From Eledone cirrhosa (lineage: Eukaryota), in assembly GCA_964016885.1 (NCBI GenBank), contig OZ024740.1:400396001-400460000 (forward strand): a stretch of DNA of 64,000 nt, in the 5' to 3' direction. Each line of letters begins with the position of its first letter. The first letter of the stretch is position 1. The translations under genes and the position numbers were made by a program. This document shows positions 59,778 through 64,000 of the stretch, piece after piece. The notes under the pieces were generated by a model. The model searched no databases, was not told the origin of the DNA, and saw only the letters and a list, made by a program, of their open reading frames with translations.

Positions 59778-62700
59778 GTGTGTAAGGAGAAAAAAAACAA
59801 AGAAAGAGAGAACAATGACCATAGCTAGGTAAATTGTGAGGTTATATATGAAGAAAAAATTGTATGTGCGAATGAGAAAGAAAGTTAAGTGAGCTAAGGA
59901 GACTATAAGAGAGAGATACTGAAAAGGAGAGAAGGAGATAGAAAAAAGAGAGAAAGTGTGAGGAAGCGATTGAGAAAAGATGGATTATTGTCCGTCTACG
60001 GTAATTGAATCATAGCATGCCTGGTTCCGTGTTATGGAAAGATATCACACTGTTTCTAACTAAGCTGACAGTGGTAATGGCATGTCTGAAGTTGATAAAT
60101 ATGACATCAATATGAACTTTGTATTGATGACTGCCAACAATCATCACAATTTCTTTATCACCTTTCTACTTTTGTCTTCTCTTTGCTTCCTGTATTTGTG
60201 TTTCTGAATTTCTATCTCTTATTCACTTGTAGATTGGCTTTGATTTACTTATCATTCGGCGTCATTTTAATCACTTCAGTGTGTCTTAACATTTCCCCCA
60301 ATAAATGCTTTCAAGAAACCACCTTCCCCATTATTTCCCACATCAATCTTTTACGTTTTTGTTACATTTAGTTCCAAATACACTCCACCAACGACTTCAA
60401 AATCGTTGTTTCGTTTTTACATTTTTTTCTCTGATAAACGTTTCCATTTAGCGTTACGATTCACAACCACCGGACTCGTTAAAAATAATAATAGACATTG
60501 TTTTTATAAGCGCAACTTCATTAGCATTAGTTTTCTATTGAAATAGATTTTATAAGGTGTTTTAAAATATCTTCTTTAAGACGTCTCTCAATGGGTGAAA
60601 TTATTCGGTTTACATTATACGGTTACTTCAGTTGAACATTCGGTCGGTTGACACCGAAGGATTTGTCAGAATTTGGCGTGTTAGTACAACAACAATTTAA
60701 ATATGATCCAACAGGAGAAGCCTTTATGTGATGCCTCTATCTCTTAGACATATCAGGTTAAGGGCTATACTATAAAAAATGGAAGAACACTTTAGATAAT
60801 GTACTTCTGGACATAGTATAGACAAACCTGTAATGTATTTTGATAATATGTCTGTGAGAGCAGACAGAACATTTGTGCCCATAATTCCTGCACAACAATT
60901 CAAAAGCACTTTAAGAAAAAATGTTCTCCTCACCATGCGACGTGAAAACCCTTATCCAATAGAAATCAAATGAAATCAAATTACTAAAATGAAACAACTT
61001 GTATATGCGTCGAGCGCTTTTTATTATTTCTAACAAAGTCCATATCATTACATCTGCTAGGACCTCAACTACCCAACCACGTAAGAAAACACTACAGAAA
61101 ATGATGATGCCATGCTAAAACACTGTACCTCACAAAAGACAATGAAGACATCTTGATGCCAATTATTTTTCAAATCTTACCCAACAAACATAAAGACGAA
61201 CACATTGGATAATATAGTTCTGCGAATACTATGCCTGACAATATTGTCACGTGTTTGTTCATAAATTAGCTTCATCAAGGATTACCTGGGGATAAACAAC
61301 AACAATTAAAGCTATTCATCTTATGTAGTTCGGATTAATAGGAATATACCACCAAAATCAATAACGACATTGGTAGCATAGTTCACATCACCAAAAAGTC
61401 AGTAAACAAGAACAGTAACTGGTACGGTAAACCTCTAGGCAGGATGTAAGTATACATTATATATATATAGTCTGAAACCCTAACCGTGTCTGTAATTAAA
61501 ATGATCATGGTTTTAAAATTTCTTTACCTCACTACGAGATCAAATCATGTAATCCTCAATGCAATGAGTCTATTACAATTCTGATGCATATGTCTATTTT
61601 TGGTAAATTAAGTAGAATACAGATTATTACATGAGAAAAACTGTTTAGTCGAAATATTTATATCAGAAACAACTCAGAAGTTTCCAATAGCACTCAATGA
61701 ATGCATCCTTATTACCAACTTAATTGACCAACTATAGAGAAATGATTGAACAAAGTAAAAACATTCATTGCAGTGCGAAATAAGGGATTCAATCTTGCAG
61801 CAAGCCAACGGATAACCTAAACCCACGTTCATTGTAATACAACGTAACATGATCTATACAATGTCCCTTAATTTCAACATATATATGCATAAACACGTCC
61901 AAGTGAAGTCGCGTAGCAACATGTACATTCACTCGCGCGGTAGTGGCGTTTGATATAACTCATGTCACTTTAAGTAACATTTAATTCTTATAATGCGGCG
62001 CACTCATGCATCACCTTGTGAAATAAGCAAGGCATAGTCGGGTGTTCTATGATATCTATACATTCTCCTCCTCAACGACAATCTATATGAATTATCACGT
62101 ATACCTAATTATCTGATTTCAGAAAATTGATAACGAGACGGTGATGGAGAGACCTCTCTAAAAGGACCGTTACTATTGAAAATTAGCTTGAATTAAGATT
62201 AAATGGAGAAGTAGAAAGGAAAGAATAGAGGAGTTTAGAGGAAAATGTACAGAAAGGAAAATGTAAAGAGACAGAGATAAAATTAATTATGTCTTCATGA
62301 ATGATAAGAAGATATAAACGCAGATTTACAAATTGATACAGAGAGAGAAAGTGAGACAAAAATAGGTAAATGAATAGGCAGATAGATAGATAAGAAAATA
62401 AGTTGACGGATTCATAGATTAATAGCTTAACGGAATAGTAGAAAATACTTAACACATAGAAAAACAGAAACTGAAGAAAGAGGAAAAGAAATAATTGGTG
62501 AACGATATGTTGTGAGTGTGTTAGCCTTTTCTATAGAGGAATATTATTAAGAAATTTAATAGATATATAAACGGACAACAAAATGGCCAAAATATGAAGC
62601 AAGCGTGAAATTTAGGCGGAGATGGCGGAATAAGATTAAAACCAAGTGTGATGTTGAGAGGGAAGTGGTGTGGGGTAAATTAAGACAATAACTGGGAATA

Positions 62701-64000
62701 AAATGCAGTGTGAAAAACGAAGAAGAAAAGAAGAAAAAGGTAATTATGGAGACAAAACTACAATGACGATGACAATGAAGAAGAAAAGCTGAAAGAAAGG
62801 ATGAAATAATAAAGAAGAAAAATGGATAAAACAAATAATGATGACGGGGATGTTGAAGGTGATGATGATGCACAAAGGCAGAAATGAACTTTATATTATA
62901 AATGAAAGACAAATAACAACACATGAGCTTATAGTTTGAAGTGGGTTGATTAAAAAACCCTCCCACAAAAATTCAAAAGAAACATAAATAATTCAAATAA
63001 ATGCAAACATATAAAATGAGGTATAGAAACGAATCAAATGTAATTTTCTAACACACTATTTTCCATACAATTCGTCTTCATAGAGTGACCAGAACTACAT
63101 TAAAACAAATTATTTAAACTACTTTAGCGGAAGGAAATGTAACATTATCACATTCACAGAAGTTAGTAATCTTCGCATTTATACTGCTCACATTTTAACT
63201 AGAAATTGAAATTAACCTGAAACTTTGCACCGTGCATTGGTGTTTTTTTATCAATGATTTTAAAATATATAGAATATTACTGAATACATGAAAACTAGCA
63301 TGGAAAATTTGATTTAAACAATAAAGTGAAGACGTAAATCCCATCCATACCATCTGGGACAACAGTGTTTTGTTACATTTGCAATGTGTCAGTCTTAGAT
63401 GTTTCGAAACACATAGTGAGCAATGAATAGCCGGAAATACAACTGATTTAGATTCTTGATTCAGAAAACAGCTGCTCACGACAGCATAGCATATACCAAT
63501 CATTTATAAAGGCGTTCTTGTCTTCATTTAGAAAATCTTACTAATTAATTCATTGATCGTCTGTGAATTTTAAAGAACACATTCAGAAGTCAATTTCATG
63601 GTGTATTCCTTACGGTGATGTCTCTCTCTAACAATAACCAGCTACGCTTGAGCTTGCTCATCAAATACACGAAGAAAATGCACCAAAGGTTGAATCCACC
63701 CACATATGTGGCCAGCTAAATCCTCCCAAAGTAGACTTCCCAGCGTTAATAAGACAAAAAATAGTTTGAGAAATGTTGTGTCTGGAAACTTGAAATATAC
63801 AACACTTTAATGCTTTTGATTTATAACTTAATCAGGGATCACATGGAGGGAAACAACAGTAACTATGAATTAATCTAAACAGCTTAATCAGTAAAATATT
63901 TTTGAATTTCTAATGGGATGGGTCGATACGTGTATTTTAGTTTTCAGGGAAAAATAAAAACTAAAGATACAGGGTCCTTAGTGGGAAAAGAAATTTAGAA

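Overview
Eukaryotic, AT-rich, microsatellite-saturated DNA. The SINE and repeat content suggests an octopod cephalopod (inference). No host exon can be supported, and nearly all listed ORFs are (TA)n/(CA)n/(AGT)n artefacts. The real coding remnants are retroelements: two 5'-truncated R4/Dong-like RT+RLE elements (52905-54920, ORF intact, in (TAA)n; 12477-14256, decayed, in (TACA)n), four RTE-clade LINE fragments, and a Penelope-like (PLE) GIY-YIG remnant (17300-17689). About 11 tRNA-derived SINE copies lie on the minus strand. The main signal is a set of at least 7 unrelated families of short fold-back (inverted-repeat) elements sitting in (TA)n. Many carry minimal hammerhead ribozymes (CTGANGA...GAAA...UH, with stems that can be paired by eye) and share one layout: an arm ending at a fixed point plus an opposite arm with a 55-90 bp tail. 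One locus (16968-19323) links this module directly to a GIY-YIG remnant, which points to a (TA)n-targeting, ribozyme-bearing PLE-derived system. Coordinates were read by eye and are approximate at element edges.
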